This document shows positions 50,884-61,026 of a stretch of 64,000 nucleotides of DNA, piece after piece. Under the pieces are notes generated by a model that ran no database searches, had not been told where the DNA came from, and was given only the letters and a program-made list of their open reading frames with translations. The first letter of the stretch is position 1. Every line of letters starts with the position of its first letter. The position numbers and the translations under genes are program-made. This stretch comes from a virus (lineage: Duplodnaviria > Caudoviricetes). Location: positions 1 to 64,000 of IMG/VR virus record IMGVR_UViG_3300037067_015211. One strand, written 5' to 3'.

Positions 50884-51367
50884 AAGTTGCCGTCATTGCT
50901 TCATTACTTATTGGGAACAGTTGCAAAGAGATTTGTTTATCTAGTGGTAATGGTTCATCTCGATATAGTACACCAATTTTGCCGTCCTTGTTTGCTGATT
51001 TTAGACCATCTACCATTACGCCAGACAACGGACGATATATTGACACATATTGGTATTCTTGAGCAAAAAGTTCATCTTTGATTGGACTTTCAAAAGTGGC
51101 CTCTTCCCAAGCAAAAATTTCCTTGCCGCCACAGGATTTTCTAAGGTTGAAAACAGGGTGATCTATTTGTTTCCAGTTGTCCTTAACGGCTTCGCCAATC
51201 GTGTTGTATTCAGTATGGCCAATTGGCTTGCCATCTTCCGTAAAATATGTGTATTGTATTTTGTTTGTGCTGGCGGAGTTATGGATAATACCACCACCAT
51301 ATCGGCCTTTCCCGACAACAATACCACGTTTTAATTGAGCCATTATTTTATATGTTCTATAGATCAT
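50858..51367 (-). CDS. Hypothetical protein with MIYRTYKIMAQ leader
   Basis: Lone minus-strand ORF with AGGA RBS. Confidence 0.6.
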   Translation of the reverse strand: MIYRTYKIMAQLKRGIVVGKGRYGGGIIHNSASTNKIQYTYFTEDGKPIGHTEYNTIGEAVKDNWKQIDHPVFNLRKSCGGKEIFAWEEATFESPIKDELFAQEYQYVSIYRPLSGVMVDGLKSANKDGKIGVLYRDEPLPLDKQISLQLFPISNEAMTATSNEIALVL

Positions 51368-51495
51368 TGACTATCCTATATTTCTTTTTACATCATAGCC
51401 TTATTGCAATCATTTATTGCTTTTTTGTCAAGGGGGCAAATTATTTTCTGCGAAACTTTGAATAAACTTTAGTGTTTAACATAATAGGTACAGTT

Positions 51496-52710
51496 ATGTT
51501 AAAAGCATATAAATACAGAGTATATCCTGACGGCCATCAAGCCAAACAGATAAAGCAGACTTTCGGCTGTTGCAGGTTTATCTACAACTGGGCTTTGGCT
51601 TTTAAGACAGATAGGTATAAAAAATTTCTTCAAAATGTATCCAGATTCGAATTATCTAAGATGATTACATTTTTCAAAACAACTGAAGAGCGTAAGTGGC
51701 TTGGTAATGTTAATGCTCAGTCATTACAAGCTGAGTTAAGACATCTCGAAACTGCTTTTACTAACTTTTTTAGAAAGAATGCTAGTTATCCCAATTTCAA
51801 AAAGAAGTTCAAAAAGCAATCATTCGAATGTCCACAGAATGTCAAGATTGATTTTGATAGTAAGATAATTACAATACCCAAAGTAGGGGGATTGATATAT
51901 CGGGATAAGAGAGATAAATTTATTGGCGAGATCAAGACCTGTACAGTTTCTTTCAAAAACGAAAAATATTTTATTTCAATCTTGGTGGATGATGGGAAAG
52001 ACTTACCGGTTAAAGTAGAGATAACTGAAGATAATTCAATTGGCATAGATTTAGGGTTAATAGATTTCATAACAACATCTGAGGGCGTGAAAATACCTAA
52101 TCCTAGAAATCTCAAGAAGTTTGAGAATAAAATAAAGTTTCAACAAAGGAGGTTATCGAGAAAGGTCAAGCGTAGTAAAAACTGGATTAAACAAAAAAGA
52201 AAAATCAATCGGCTACATGGGAAGTTGGTTGATGCACGTAATGATTTCTTACACAAACTGTCAACAAGTATTGTCAAAAACCACGACACTATATTTGTTG
52301 AAGACTTGAACGTAAAGGGAATGGTAAGGAATCACAAGTTAGCTAAGTCAATATCTGACGCTAGTTGGAGTGAGTTTATTAGACAGCTTGAGTACAAGTC
52401 GGATTGGAATGGGAAGAATCTAATTAAAATAGGCCGGTTTGATCCTTCTAGTAAACTCTGTACATGCGGATATCTTAATAAAGATTTGAAATTGTCTGAT
52501 AGGAAGTGGAAATGCCCTCAATGTAATTCTGTTAATGACCGGGATAAACTAGCGGCTGATAACATCAAAAGATTTGGCTTGATGAAATTAAAGTACAATA
52601 CGACAATACATTCAGGCTTGGACAAAGCCGGTGTGCTTGTGGAGGCTTGCGTTAGTGAGTCGATGAAGCAAGAAACTCGTAGGTTCTCTAGTAGAACCCC
52701 ACGGCTTTAG
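51496..52710 (+). CDS. tnpB: IS200/IS605-family TnpB RNA-guided nuclease
   Basis: MLKAYKYRVYP HTH, FGCCRFIYN, GIDLG, FVEDLN, WKCPQC, DRD; right-end hairpin at 52698-52717; no tnpA. Confidence 0.92.
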   Translation: MLKAYKYRVYPDGHQAKQIKQTFGCCRFIYNWALAFKTDRYKKFLQNVSRFELSKMITFFKTTEERKWLGNVNAQSLQAELRHLETAFTNFFRKNASYPNFKKKFKKQSFECPQNVKIDFDSKIITIPKVGGLIYRDKRDKFIGEIKTCTVSFKNEKYFISILVDDGKDLPVKVEITEDNSIGIDLGLIDFITTSEGVKIPNPRNLKKFENKIKFQQRRLSRKVKRSKNWIKQKRKINRLHGKLVDARNDFLHKLSTSIVKNHDTIFVEDLNVKGMVRNHKLAKSISDASWSEFIRQLEYKSDWNGKNLIKIGRFDPSSKLCTCGYLNKDLKLSDRKWKCPQCNSVNDRDKLAADNIKRFGLMKLKYNTTIHSGLDKAGVLVEACVSESMKQETRRFSSRTPRL

Positions 52711-52772
52711 CCGTGGGAGTATGTGCCACACTACAATTAGTTCTTTAAAAAATTTGTCGCGGTTGGTAGCTC

Positions 52773-52810
52773 TCCTAGTACGGCAAGTTCTGCCGGAATT
52801 AAAGCCTGTG
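52773..52810 (+). repeat. 38-bp fragment of the IS607 tnpB 3' end
   Basis: Exact reverse complement of 10669-10706. Confidence 0.9.
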
Positions 52811-52930
52811 AACCACTTTCACTACAAATAGTTTGAAGGGAAATAGACGAAGAAAGCCAATAATTTAAAAAAACATCTTGACAAGCATATAAATATGTAT
52901 ATGCTTATCTATAGTTGAAGGGAGAAAACA

Positions 52931-53095
52931 ATGAAGCTTATCACAAAAGAAATTGAAAAACAAATTCCTATCCTTTACTCCCATTTGATCTTTAAAAACA
53001 GGCAAAGCCATAAAATATACGGATTTTCCTGCCATATTCGGCTGTTTGCACATTTATTAGAATGCAGTACTCGCACATCCATCCTTTTTTTGTGA
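52931..53095 (+). pseudogene. Possible truncated DUF2958-like gene
   Basis: Promoter at 52878, RBS; start MKLITKEIEKQIPILYS resembles the DUF2958 N-terminus, then degenerates. Confidence 0.35.
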
Positions 53096-53525
53096 ATGAA
53101 AGGAAAAATCATGGAAGAAGAATATTGCCCCATCTGTGACGGAGTCGGAGAACCGATTGGAAATCTCGGACATCTCGTATGGTATCGTTGCCGACAATGT
53201 GGTGTGTACTTCAATGTTAAAGAGGAACAAATTGTTTGCGCCCAGACTGTAGCTTTGGAGCAAAAATGACTGACGGTCTAACCAGCTTTAGGGCAAACAT
53301 TTGTAAAGAGTTGCACAACAAAGCAGTTTTTTACAAGGAAGTGGCGGACGGCAAATTATTGAACTTTAATGTCCTGAGTGAAAACGATTGGGATAACATC
53401 TTGACACAAAAAAGTAAATATGATAGAATTTCTTTTAACCTGAAAAGACTGGCAGATTTTTGGCAAAAAAATGAATTGCCCAAAAATTATATGGAGATGA
53501 TTGAATCTGCTGAAAAGGGCTTATC

Positions 53526-53714
53526 ATGAAAAACTTTTTGCGGTTTACCGAAGTCGGCGGACACTCTAAAAAAGAAGTGGCAATTAACATTGCACATATT
53601 TGCGCCGTCGAAAAATATGACGACAACGTTACAATGATCTTTACCGAAGATGGCTTTCAATATCGAGTACAAGGGAATTTTGAGGACACATTAGAACTAA
53701 TCACCGGGGTGTAG
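53526..53714 (+). CDS. Small hypothetical protein overlapping the tRNA 5' end
   Basis: 62-aa ORF; its last codons are tRNA positions 1-10. Confidence 0.55.
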   Translation: MKNFLRFTEVGGHSKKEVAINIAHICAVEKYDDNVTMIFTEDGFQYRVQGNFEDTLELITGV

Positions 53715-53781
53715 CTAAGTGGTTTATAGCACCGGTCTTATAAACCGGAGGACGTGAGTTCAAATCTCACCACCCCCACCA
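53705..53781 (+). tRNA. tRNA-Ile, anticodon UAU, with encoded CCA
   Basis: Hand fold: acceptor GGGGTG/CACCCC, D stem GCTA/TAGC, anticodon stem CCGGT-cttataa-ACCGG, T arm GTGAG-TTCAAAT-CTCAC, ACCA end; C1:C72 mismatch. Confidence 0.88.
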
Positions 53782-53813
53782 AATTATAGTAGCTTTAAGC
53801 TAAAGGAAATAAA

Positions 53814-54911
53814 ATGCTAGTCCAAAACTTCATATTCGAACACGGAATAGAAAAACTAAAAGAACCACCCTACAACATCGAAATACGTGAGTACGACGAT
53901 AGAATCGTCCTCAACTACAGCCAAATCAATTCGCCTAAGCACGATCCTATCGTAAGAGAATGCCGCGCTCTTATTTTGAGCAAACCCGAATGCAAAGTAT
54001 TGGCAAGATCGTTTGACCGCTTCTTCAACTACGAGGAAGATCCAAACAGCAAACAATTTGCCCCCCATACTATCTTGGAAAAGATCGATGGTTCATTAAT
54101 TTCCGTCTATCATGATAGACGGCAATGGTGCGCGGCCACTAGATCGATGGCATTTGCAGAAGGACTAACCGCTAACGGCAACACCTTTTTGCAAGTATTT
54201 GAAAAGGCCATTGGGGGCAATGTAGACGAGACATTTACTATGTTGGATTTGGCTAAAAACAATACATATGTATTTGAGCTAGTCTCGCCTGAAACTCGTG
54301 TAGTAACGCCATATCCCGATTATGATGTTTATCTGTTGGCAGTACGCTGTAATTTAGATGGTGAAGAGTATAACTTGGCCAGCCTAGATGCCAATTATTC
54401 TCTCCGCAGATTTAAACAGCCAAAGAGATATAATGTGAATAGCATTGCCGATGTGGTTAAAATGGCCAAGGAACTACCGGCCATCAACGAGGGATATGTG
54501 TGTTTGAATGACAGGGGAACGGAACATACTTATTGGCGGGTAAAGGTCAAGAATCCTTCGTATCTGGCTATTTCACATATGAGAGCCAATGGTGTTTTGA
54601 GCCAAAAGAGAATTGCCTACTTGGTAGTACATGGAGATGAAGAGGAATATCTGTCCTATTTCCCCGAAGACCGCAAACATTTTGCATCCTATCAAACTGC
54701 TTTGCTTAAAGCCAAGGGGGATGTGGAGTCCCTTATGCAATATATGAGCATTGAGGACAAAAAGGAATTTGCGCTGAAGGTAAAGGATTCTCCTGTAGGA
54801 TTCATTATGTTTGGTCTTAGAAAGGGCTTGACGGAAGGGCAAATATTTGCTAATATGACTGATGATCGATGTTTGGAGTTTTTGGGCAAATATATTTGTG
54901 GGGAATCATGA
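53814..54911 (+). CDS. T4 Rnl1-like RNA ligase
   Basis: ECRALIL, RSFDRFFNY, motif I EKIDGSLI, FELVSP..R, EGYV, RVKVKNPSY. Confidence 0.85.
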   Translation: MLVQNFIFEHGIEKLKEPPYNIEIREYDDRIVLNYSQINSPKHDPIVRECRALILSKPECKVLARSFDRFFNYEEDPNSKQFAPHTILEKIDGSLISVYHDRRQWCAATRSMAFAEGLTANGNTFLQVFEKAIGGNVDETFTMLDLAKNNTYVFELVSPETRVVTPYPDYDVYLLAVRCNLDGEEYNLASLDANYSLRRFKQPKRYNVNSIADVVKMAKELPAINEGYVCLNDRGTEHTYWRVKVKNPSYLAISHMRANGVLSQKRIAYLVVHGDEEEYLSYFPEDRKHFASYQTALLKAKGDVESLMQYMSIEDKKEFALKVKDSPVGFIMFGLRKGLTEGQIFANMTDDRCLEFLGKYICGES

Positions 54912-55477
54912 ATAACATCAAAAAATTCGCCAAGCACACTAGGCAAATCGCCCAACTAGCGGGAAAATCTATCGATATGATGCCCGTATTCAGCGATTTG
55001 GCTAAATTCTCGAATTATGCCGTTTGTGGGGGTGTGGCGGTAGCCTTAAATGGTAGGATTCGGGCTACGGAAGACATAGATATCCTAATTGCCTCAGAAA
55101 CGGCCCTAGAAAGGCTTGCCCTGCAATACGCGGATAAGTTCAGGCAAATACGCCCACATGCCTTCCAACACCGCCAGACGGGCGTAGAAGTGGATGTACT
55201 GACCCCTGAACATATAAAGGTGCCCAATGGTATTGTGGAGTCCGCTATTGACTCTGCTGGATCAAATTATGGGATTAGAGTTGTAAACAAGACATATTTG
55301 ATTATACTCAAGATGTTTAGCGGTAGACGGCAAGATTACGTGGACGTAGTTTCTTTATTGGCGGATAAGTCTAATGCAGACATTGATTTTATCGAAGAAA
55401 CGATCCCTGCCGATAAGGTTGAGCTATTCAAGGAATTAGTAAAAGAGAGTGAAACAGCAGATGATTTGATGGGCTAA
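54908..55477 (+). CDS. Nucleotidyltransferase (Pol-beta superfamily, AbiEii-like)
   Basis: CGGVAV....RATEDIDILI ... LKMFSGRRQDYVD. Confidence 0.75.
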   Translation: MNNIKKFAKHTRQIAQLAGKSIDMMPVFSDLAKFSNYAVCGGVAVALNGRIRATEDIDILIASETALERLALQYADKFRQIRPHAFQHRQTGVEVDVLTPEHIKVPNGIVESAIDSAGSNYGIRVVNKTYLIILKMFSGRRQDYVDVVSLLADKSNADIDFIEETIPADKVELFKELVKESETADDLMG

Positions 55478-55791
55478 ATCATGCTAGTAGATATTTCTCA
55501 AATTAAAGACCCCGACATTTTGGGCGAGATGTTTAGAGAGTTGTTTTTCGAACAGGATGAAAAAAACCTTGGTTGTTACAATAATTTTAAATTGAAACCA
55601 GATGTTAAAAATCTAGGCAAACAAAAAACAAAACAAGGTGAAGGAGTCGTGGCAAATCTTTTGCTCTCTGATAATACCAACGTAGAAATGTTCTACACTT
55701 GGGAAGGTGGAGATGGTTTTTTGATGTTCACTACAAATGAGTTTGTAGTTGGAAATTATGACTGTAAGAAAACATATGGATGGATGTTTTT

Positions 55792-56169
55792 ATGAAAATC
55801 AGAACAGGATTTGTATCGAACAGTTCTACGGCGTCATTTATTTTGCGCAGAGACGCTTTAACCTCCGCATTACTCAATAGATTAAAAGAATTGGGCGATG
55901 ATTGGTATATAAAGTATGAGGACAGTTATACCTATGGCGGGACCATTATGGACAATGATGGAATAGTTAGAATTTTTAAGGAACATGGGCTAAAAGAATA
56001 CAGGGATTTTTATGTATCTGACCACTGCGAGTCAATTCCTGTGACGCAAGAAAATTTGGAAGAGTTTTTTGCGCCCGAGATAAACGCCAATAGAGATAAA
56101 GACTTCGACAAAGAAAAACTCTGCGAAGAGCATGCAATGAAGATGTTTGAAATGATTTTATTTTCTTAG
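55792..56169 (+). CDS. MKIRxGFVSNSS-motif protein
   Basis: N-terminus MKIRTGFVSNSSTASFI. Confidence 0.65.
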   Translation: MKIRTGFVSNSSTASFILRRDALTSALLNRLKELGDDWYIKYEDSYTYGGTIMDNDGIVRIFKEHGLKEYRDFYVSDHCESIPVTQENLEEFFAPEINANRDKDFDKEKLCEEHAMKMFEMILFS

Positions 56170-56448
56170 GAATAATGATAAAAAAGACATGCTATATTAT
56201 TAATCGATGTGAAAAAAATATTTACGTAGATATAACGTCAAGTCTTTTGCGTCTACAAGAACAACATATGGTTGGCTTAGCAGACGAGGATAATGGTTTG
56301 ATGGGGATGGCCCCTGTGTACAGTGATTTGAACAAAGCATTTGAGAAATACGGCAAAGATATTAAGTGGACTACTGTGGTGATTGATGTGCCTGAGACAA
56401 AGCATCCCAAGAAGAAGAAAACCAACAAGAAAAGATTGTGAGTTGGAA

Positions 56449-57018
56449 ATGATATTGTACACAGTCCAAGACGAATCGGCATATAGATTCTTCGACGAAT
56501 TTGGCGTTCTCTACGCCAAACAACAGTATATCTTTATTACTGAATGCGTTAGATCATACGATTACATGCGGCAAAAGATGCGCGAAAGAATTGGTAAGCC
56601 CTTACACAAAGACGACTATCCTATCTGGGCGTCTCTTACCAAGCCTAATATGAGAGGCTATTTTTATCCCCACCGATCTTCCTACAGGATAACATTGGAT
56701 GTCGATGAGCGTAGAGTGTTGATTTCAGACAGACATGGTTGGAATGCAGTTTGGAACTTCCACCCTCCATATATATCTGGCAGAAAAATGGATAAATTTT
56801 TCAAGGAAATAGATGCCGACGATGGATTAAAAAAACTAGAACAGCTACACTGTTCAGGCGAGAATAAAAAACTGTATTTTCAACTTCTTAAAGAATACCA
56901 GTGGCTCCCCGATTCATGGGACAAAATATTTTGCAAGAAAGTAGCGGACGACGATAAACAAGCATGTCTTTGGTATATCACAAGAGACGATGTTAAAAAG
57001 GTGGAACATTTCAAATGA
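56449..57018 (+). CDS. DUF3841-like protein
   Basis: MILYTVQ, YDYMRQKM..RIG, YPIWA, VLISD...W, QACLWYI. Confidence 0.65.
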   Translation: MILYTVQDESAYRFFDEFGVLYAKQQYIFITECVRSYDYMRQKMRERIGKPLHKDDYPIWASLTKPNMRGYFYPHRSSYRITLDVDERRVLISDRHGWNAVWNFHPPYISGRKMDKFFKEIDADDGLKKLEQLHCSGENKKLYFQLLKEYQWLPDSWDKIFCKKVADDDKQACLWYITRDDVKKVEHFK

Positions 57019-57413
57019 ACGAAAAAATTAAAATACCAGATGGATTTGACGTAGAAGGATGTCCTTTCTGTGGGTCAAGAAATATAGTATACACAAATGA
57101 ATCTGTCAAAACAACATTCAAATCACTTTATGGATTATCAAACTTTAGGTTGATTTGTGAAAACTGCGGAGCAAGTGGCCCTATATGCGAAACATTGATT
57201 GTAGCAGTTGAAATATGGAACGCCCAACAAGCATCACAACAAAAAACTATCGACGATCTAAAAAGCCACCTATACGAGATTGAAAACATCCTTGGAGAAG
57301 CCCTATATGGTAGGGACAAGGATAACATGCCGCGCTGGAAACCCGAGCCAGCGGCAATTACACTGGCAAAGGAGTTTGCGTGGCGACATAATAATAATGT
57401 TAAATCGGAGTAA
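57015..57413 (+). CDS. Lar-like restriction-alleviation Zn-finger protein
   Basis: CPFCGS...CENCGASGP...AVEIWN. Confidence 0.65.
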   Translation: MNEKIKIPDGFDVEGCPFCGSRNIVYTNESVKTTFKSLYGLSNFRLICENCGASGPICETLIVAVEIWNAQQASQQKTIDDLKSHLYEIENILGEALYGRDKDNMPRWKPEPAAITLAKEFAWRHNNNVKSE

Positions 57414-57416
57414 ACA

Positions 57417-59734
57417 ATGGAAATTAAAATAGAACTAACAGTCGAAGAAGAAGAGTTTTTGAAAGACCTTAAAAATCTTCCAAATAACTATCCAAAAATT
57501 GAAGTAAAGTCGTCCTTTCGAGACACAGATAGAGACATGTTTTCTAAAGCCGAAGATTCTATGGGCACTATTGCAAAAATCGATATGGGAAGCGTAATTG
57601 ACATTCCACTAAGAGCACTTGTAGTTTGTGGATGTTGTAAACAATGCAGAGAAAGATCATTGATGTATTCAAAAATTTTATCCAAACTCATTGCCGCTTT
57701 TTTCTTGGGAGATAGTAAGCAATGAACAAAAAAGAAAAGCGAGAAAGAGCCTTCCATATCAGACTATTGAAAAGGCACCCATGCTATGATTGTGGGAGAG
57801 AGATAGGCACACTCAATATCTATAACTACGCTCTTTGCGATGAGTGCATAGAAAAAAGATGTAGCAACACACAAGACACTTTCAATGTAAACAGAATTGC
57901 CAAGAGACTGGCTAAAAACTTCAAAATACCTTTTATTATGCTCCCCATATTAACAAACCACGTTGTTATGACCACAATGAACTTTCAGCATCACTCTTCA
58001 TATACGAACAACCAAATCACTGAAGACCTTATCTACAGCCTAGCATCTTGCTGTTTAAGAAAAAAGCACAAGAAAACCAATAAACAAATCATTGAACAAT
58101 TGAAATCATGGGGATTTTGCTATGAAAAATAAACCAGATCGTTTGACGATGGAAATTAACCTAATCGTGTACATCTTGGAATATATCGCGCCCTACGTGG
58201 ATATAACTACCCCACAGCAATTATTTGACAATCTAGCCGTTATACTCAAGACAAACAAAATTGAATTTGACCGATCCATATCGGGCATTATGGACGCCAT
58301 ATTTACAAAGATGCATCCGCAGCATTTATTTGACGAGTTGAAAAACAACCACAAAATCTGGCATTTCCTAACAAAAAACAAAATTACCCCCCAACATCTG
58401 AAGCTACTGGGGGATATGGCCGACGATGATACAATATTGAAATTTGACGATCATGTGTTATCCTATCCTGTTCACAATGAAGAGGATTATGACGCCGCAG
58501 TAGATTTTTTAATTTCTCAGGATTTTCCACAAAATTTAGCTTGACAAACCACGATCTAGCCATATACTTTTGGTAGTTGTGGAGGGAAGTAAAATGGAGT
58601 TTTTGATTGAGGGTAAGAAGGAACTTTGGCACTTCAGGGGAGCCGATGAGATTGAGATTGTTGGACTTATGATGGACGCGGCCCTTGGGTCCAAGGAAGA
58701 AAAATCATGGCTTCCTTGGAACCTTGTGTTTGACTCCATTGTCATTCTCAAGGCTGGACGCAATCATTTGGTGGAAGTATGATAAAAATCATTGTCGATT
58801 ATCTAACCAATCCCAAAGAGGGCGGAAGATACAAACTATATTTGCCCCAACAGTTTGGAGATACTATCTTTAACAACAAGGTCGGAGAATATATTGTATC
58901 TAAATTTTCTGACAATGTAGGAGAGTGGTTCGATAACTGGCAAAGGCCCATCAACTACTCTACCGATCATATTCCCCAAGAAGCAAAATATTTTGGCCGT
59001 AGGGGAAAGGGAATTAAAAGACTGACACTTATGGCCGATGAGACTAAGGTTGAACAGGCATTGAATAAGATAAAGGAGATGGTGCAATGATTTCGCAAAA
59101 CATAAAGGAATATATTTTAGAGCACCCCGAACTGCAAGATTATTTGGACGAGGACGATACGAGTGATGCCTTTTTTGTCGAAAAAGAAAAAGTGGCAAAA
59201 CAGTTGACTCCTGACGAAATTTTGACTATGATGGTATTGTTCAAAAATAGTTTTAGTTCATTTTTGACCGAGCTAAACGAAAAAGAAAAAGAAATTGAAG
59301 AACTGCTAGAACGATTGGAAGAAAGAGACGAAATGGAGGCTAATACTTGAATATTTCTATTATTGTGAAAGATGCGGCCACCAAAGAAGACATGGCGGAA
59401 ATCCTAAAACAAATTGCAGTAGAGGTTGAAGCGGGACAAAAACAAGGCGATAAAAAGGTCAACAATAGCACTTACAGGTATCGCGTTTATTCTTCAGCAT
59501 CCAATCTTGACAGCTATTGAAAGGCTAATAATGCACATGAGCGAACGTTGGGAAACGTGTTCGTATAGTATGGTAGTTTACGCCAAGGACGACGCCCCAG
59601 TGGGCGAGGAAGCAATAGACAAGGCCAGAGTAGTAGTTCCTATGTGTCGGCTCACAAGAAAATATACCAAGGACGGCCATGAATGCAACTGTTGCCTAGA
59701 CTATAATCCATTGCAATATGTTTTGGACAAGTAA
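57417..59734 (+). other. Run of hypothetical genes
   Basis: ORFs 57417-57725, 57722-58132, 58122-58544, about 58594-58782, 58779-59090, 59087-59350; promoter at 58541. Confidence 0.5.
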
Positions 59735-59819
59735 ATATTTTGGGGAGGGGCGGCTGAGGCTCCACCGGGTTTCAGCCGATTTAAAATAAAAACGCATGGC
59801 AGTGCGTTCCTTAAAGATG

Positions 59820-59852
59820 CCGCAGCAAGATCAAACTTGTTGCGGTTTTTTA
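59820..59852 (+). terminator. Intrinsic terminator at the convergence point
   Basis: CCGCAGCAAG-loop-CTTGTTGCGG followed by TTTTTT. Confidence 0.7.
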
Positions 59853-59874
59853 TTGGCTAAAATCACCACCACAA

Positions 59875-60180
59875 TCATTTTATTGTAAGTATTTTTATCC
59901 CGAGATCGGATGCTTTACTCGCACAGGCATTACAGGGCTTGATGGGCTTCAGGTCGCCGCTTACATTGGTACGACAGATTACAATAGATTTGAGTTTCTG
60001 GCCATACTTTGACATTAGGCGCATCTCAGCGTGGAGACCACCCCCGTATTTGCAGAAACGGGGTATATTGTGGCTATAGCCGATTATGTTGCCCTTACGG
60101 TCAAATCCAATTGCACTTACTTTATGCTTGCACGTAGACCGCTGGGCGACCTTGATAGCCAGTGGTATAAGGCTGGTCAT
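59875..60180 (-). CDS. Cytidine/dCMP deaminase-like protein
   Basis: LHAEM ... KPCNAC Zn motif. Confidence 0.75.
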   Translation of the reverse strand: MTSLIPLAIKVAQRSTCKHKVSAIGFDRKGNIIGYSHNIPRFCKYGGGLHAEMRLMSKYGQKLKSIVICRTNVSGDLKPIKPCNACASKASDLGIKILTIK

Positions 60181-60524
60181 TTCTTTTTCTTTTCCACAAA
60201 CACTTTGCTCAGATCAATATCCATGCTCAAAGCATCTGCTAATCTAAGTAGATCAGAAAGCCTAAAATCTGCCGGTAGGTCATCAAGAAGCATGTCAAGA
60301 TGAGTTTCAAAAACACGCATCTTTTTGGCCAATTTCTTTCTACTTATATTTCTTCTGTTAAGTTCACTACAAACAAACTCTGTTATATCGAGAGTATGCC
60401 TATATAGGCGTCTTAAAAATTCTTCTCTAGTTTCCTTTTTCATGCTTGACCTTTTCCACAAACTCTTTGCATTTTCTCTTCCTGCCCCCCAGCTTAGACG
60501 CATTTTTGACTCCGCAAACTCCAT
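60177..60524 (-). CDS. XRE-like helix-turn-helix protein
   Basis: NISRKKLAKKM...LSDLLRLADALSM. Confidence 0.6.
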   Translation of the reverse strand: MEFAESKMRLSWGAGRENAKSLWKRSSMKKETREEFLRRLYRHTLDITEFVCSELNRRNISRKKLAKKMRVFETHLDMLLDDLPADFRLSDLLRLADALSMDIDLSKVFVEKKKK

Positions 60525-60556
60525 CTACATAATGTTTGCAATGTTCACATGTAACT

Positions 60557-61009
60557 TCAGTCATTTGTGTATATCCTTATCGTAATGTGTTTAACGCCCC
60601 ATTCTAATGCTTCTTGATGAGTTGGGAATCTAACATCTATCTTATCGCCCTTAATGGCTCCCCCAACATCATCGGCTATTACAAGCATATCTTCATTATA
60701 GCCGGGAACAAAAAGTTTGCTACCTAATTTTATCTTTTTCTTGTCTACAGCCACTCCGGGCAGATATGCATCGGTCATAGTGGCCGTTTTCCCATCGGCG
60801 TATTCCCCACAGCACTTTTCGCACGGACAATAAGCAGTGGCCTTTACGTACATTTCGATGTATTGTGGTTTTTCTTCTTGGATATCTTCGGGGATTGTTT
60901 CTTCCACAACAACTTCCTCTCGATACAATGGTTTTAGTTCATCTTCATTTGGCTTGCGCATCACATACAAGCTAAATGTAACAATACAAATTACTGCCAC
61001 GTTGTTCAT
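60557..61009 (-). CDS. 3D-domain cell-wall enzyme with N-terminal anchor
   Basis: ATAYC, VAVD, ADDVGGAIKGDKIDV, ALEWG. Confidence 0.85.
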   Translation of the reverse strand: MNNVAVICIVTFSLYVMRKPNEDELKPLYREEVVVEETIPEDIQEEKPQYIEMYVKATAYCPCEKCCGEYADGKTATMTDAYLPGVAVDKKKIKLGSKLFVPGYNEDMLVIADDVGGAIKGDKIDVRFPTHQEALEWGVKHITIRIYTND

Positions 61010-61026
61010 ATTTTCCCCCCTTCAAT

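Noticed and set aside
59735-59800. GC-rich hairpin CGGCTGA..TCAGCCG as an ncRNA
   Set aside because: A single hairpin next to a terminator at a convergence point; no recognisable RNA family.
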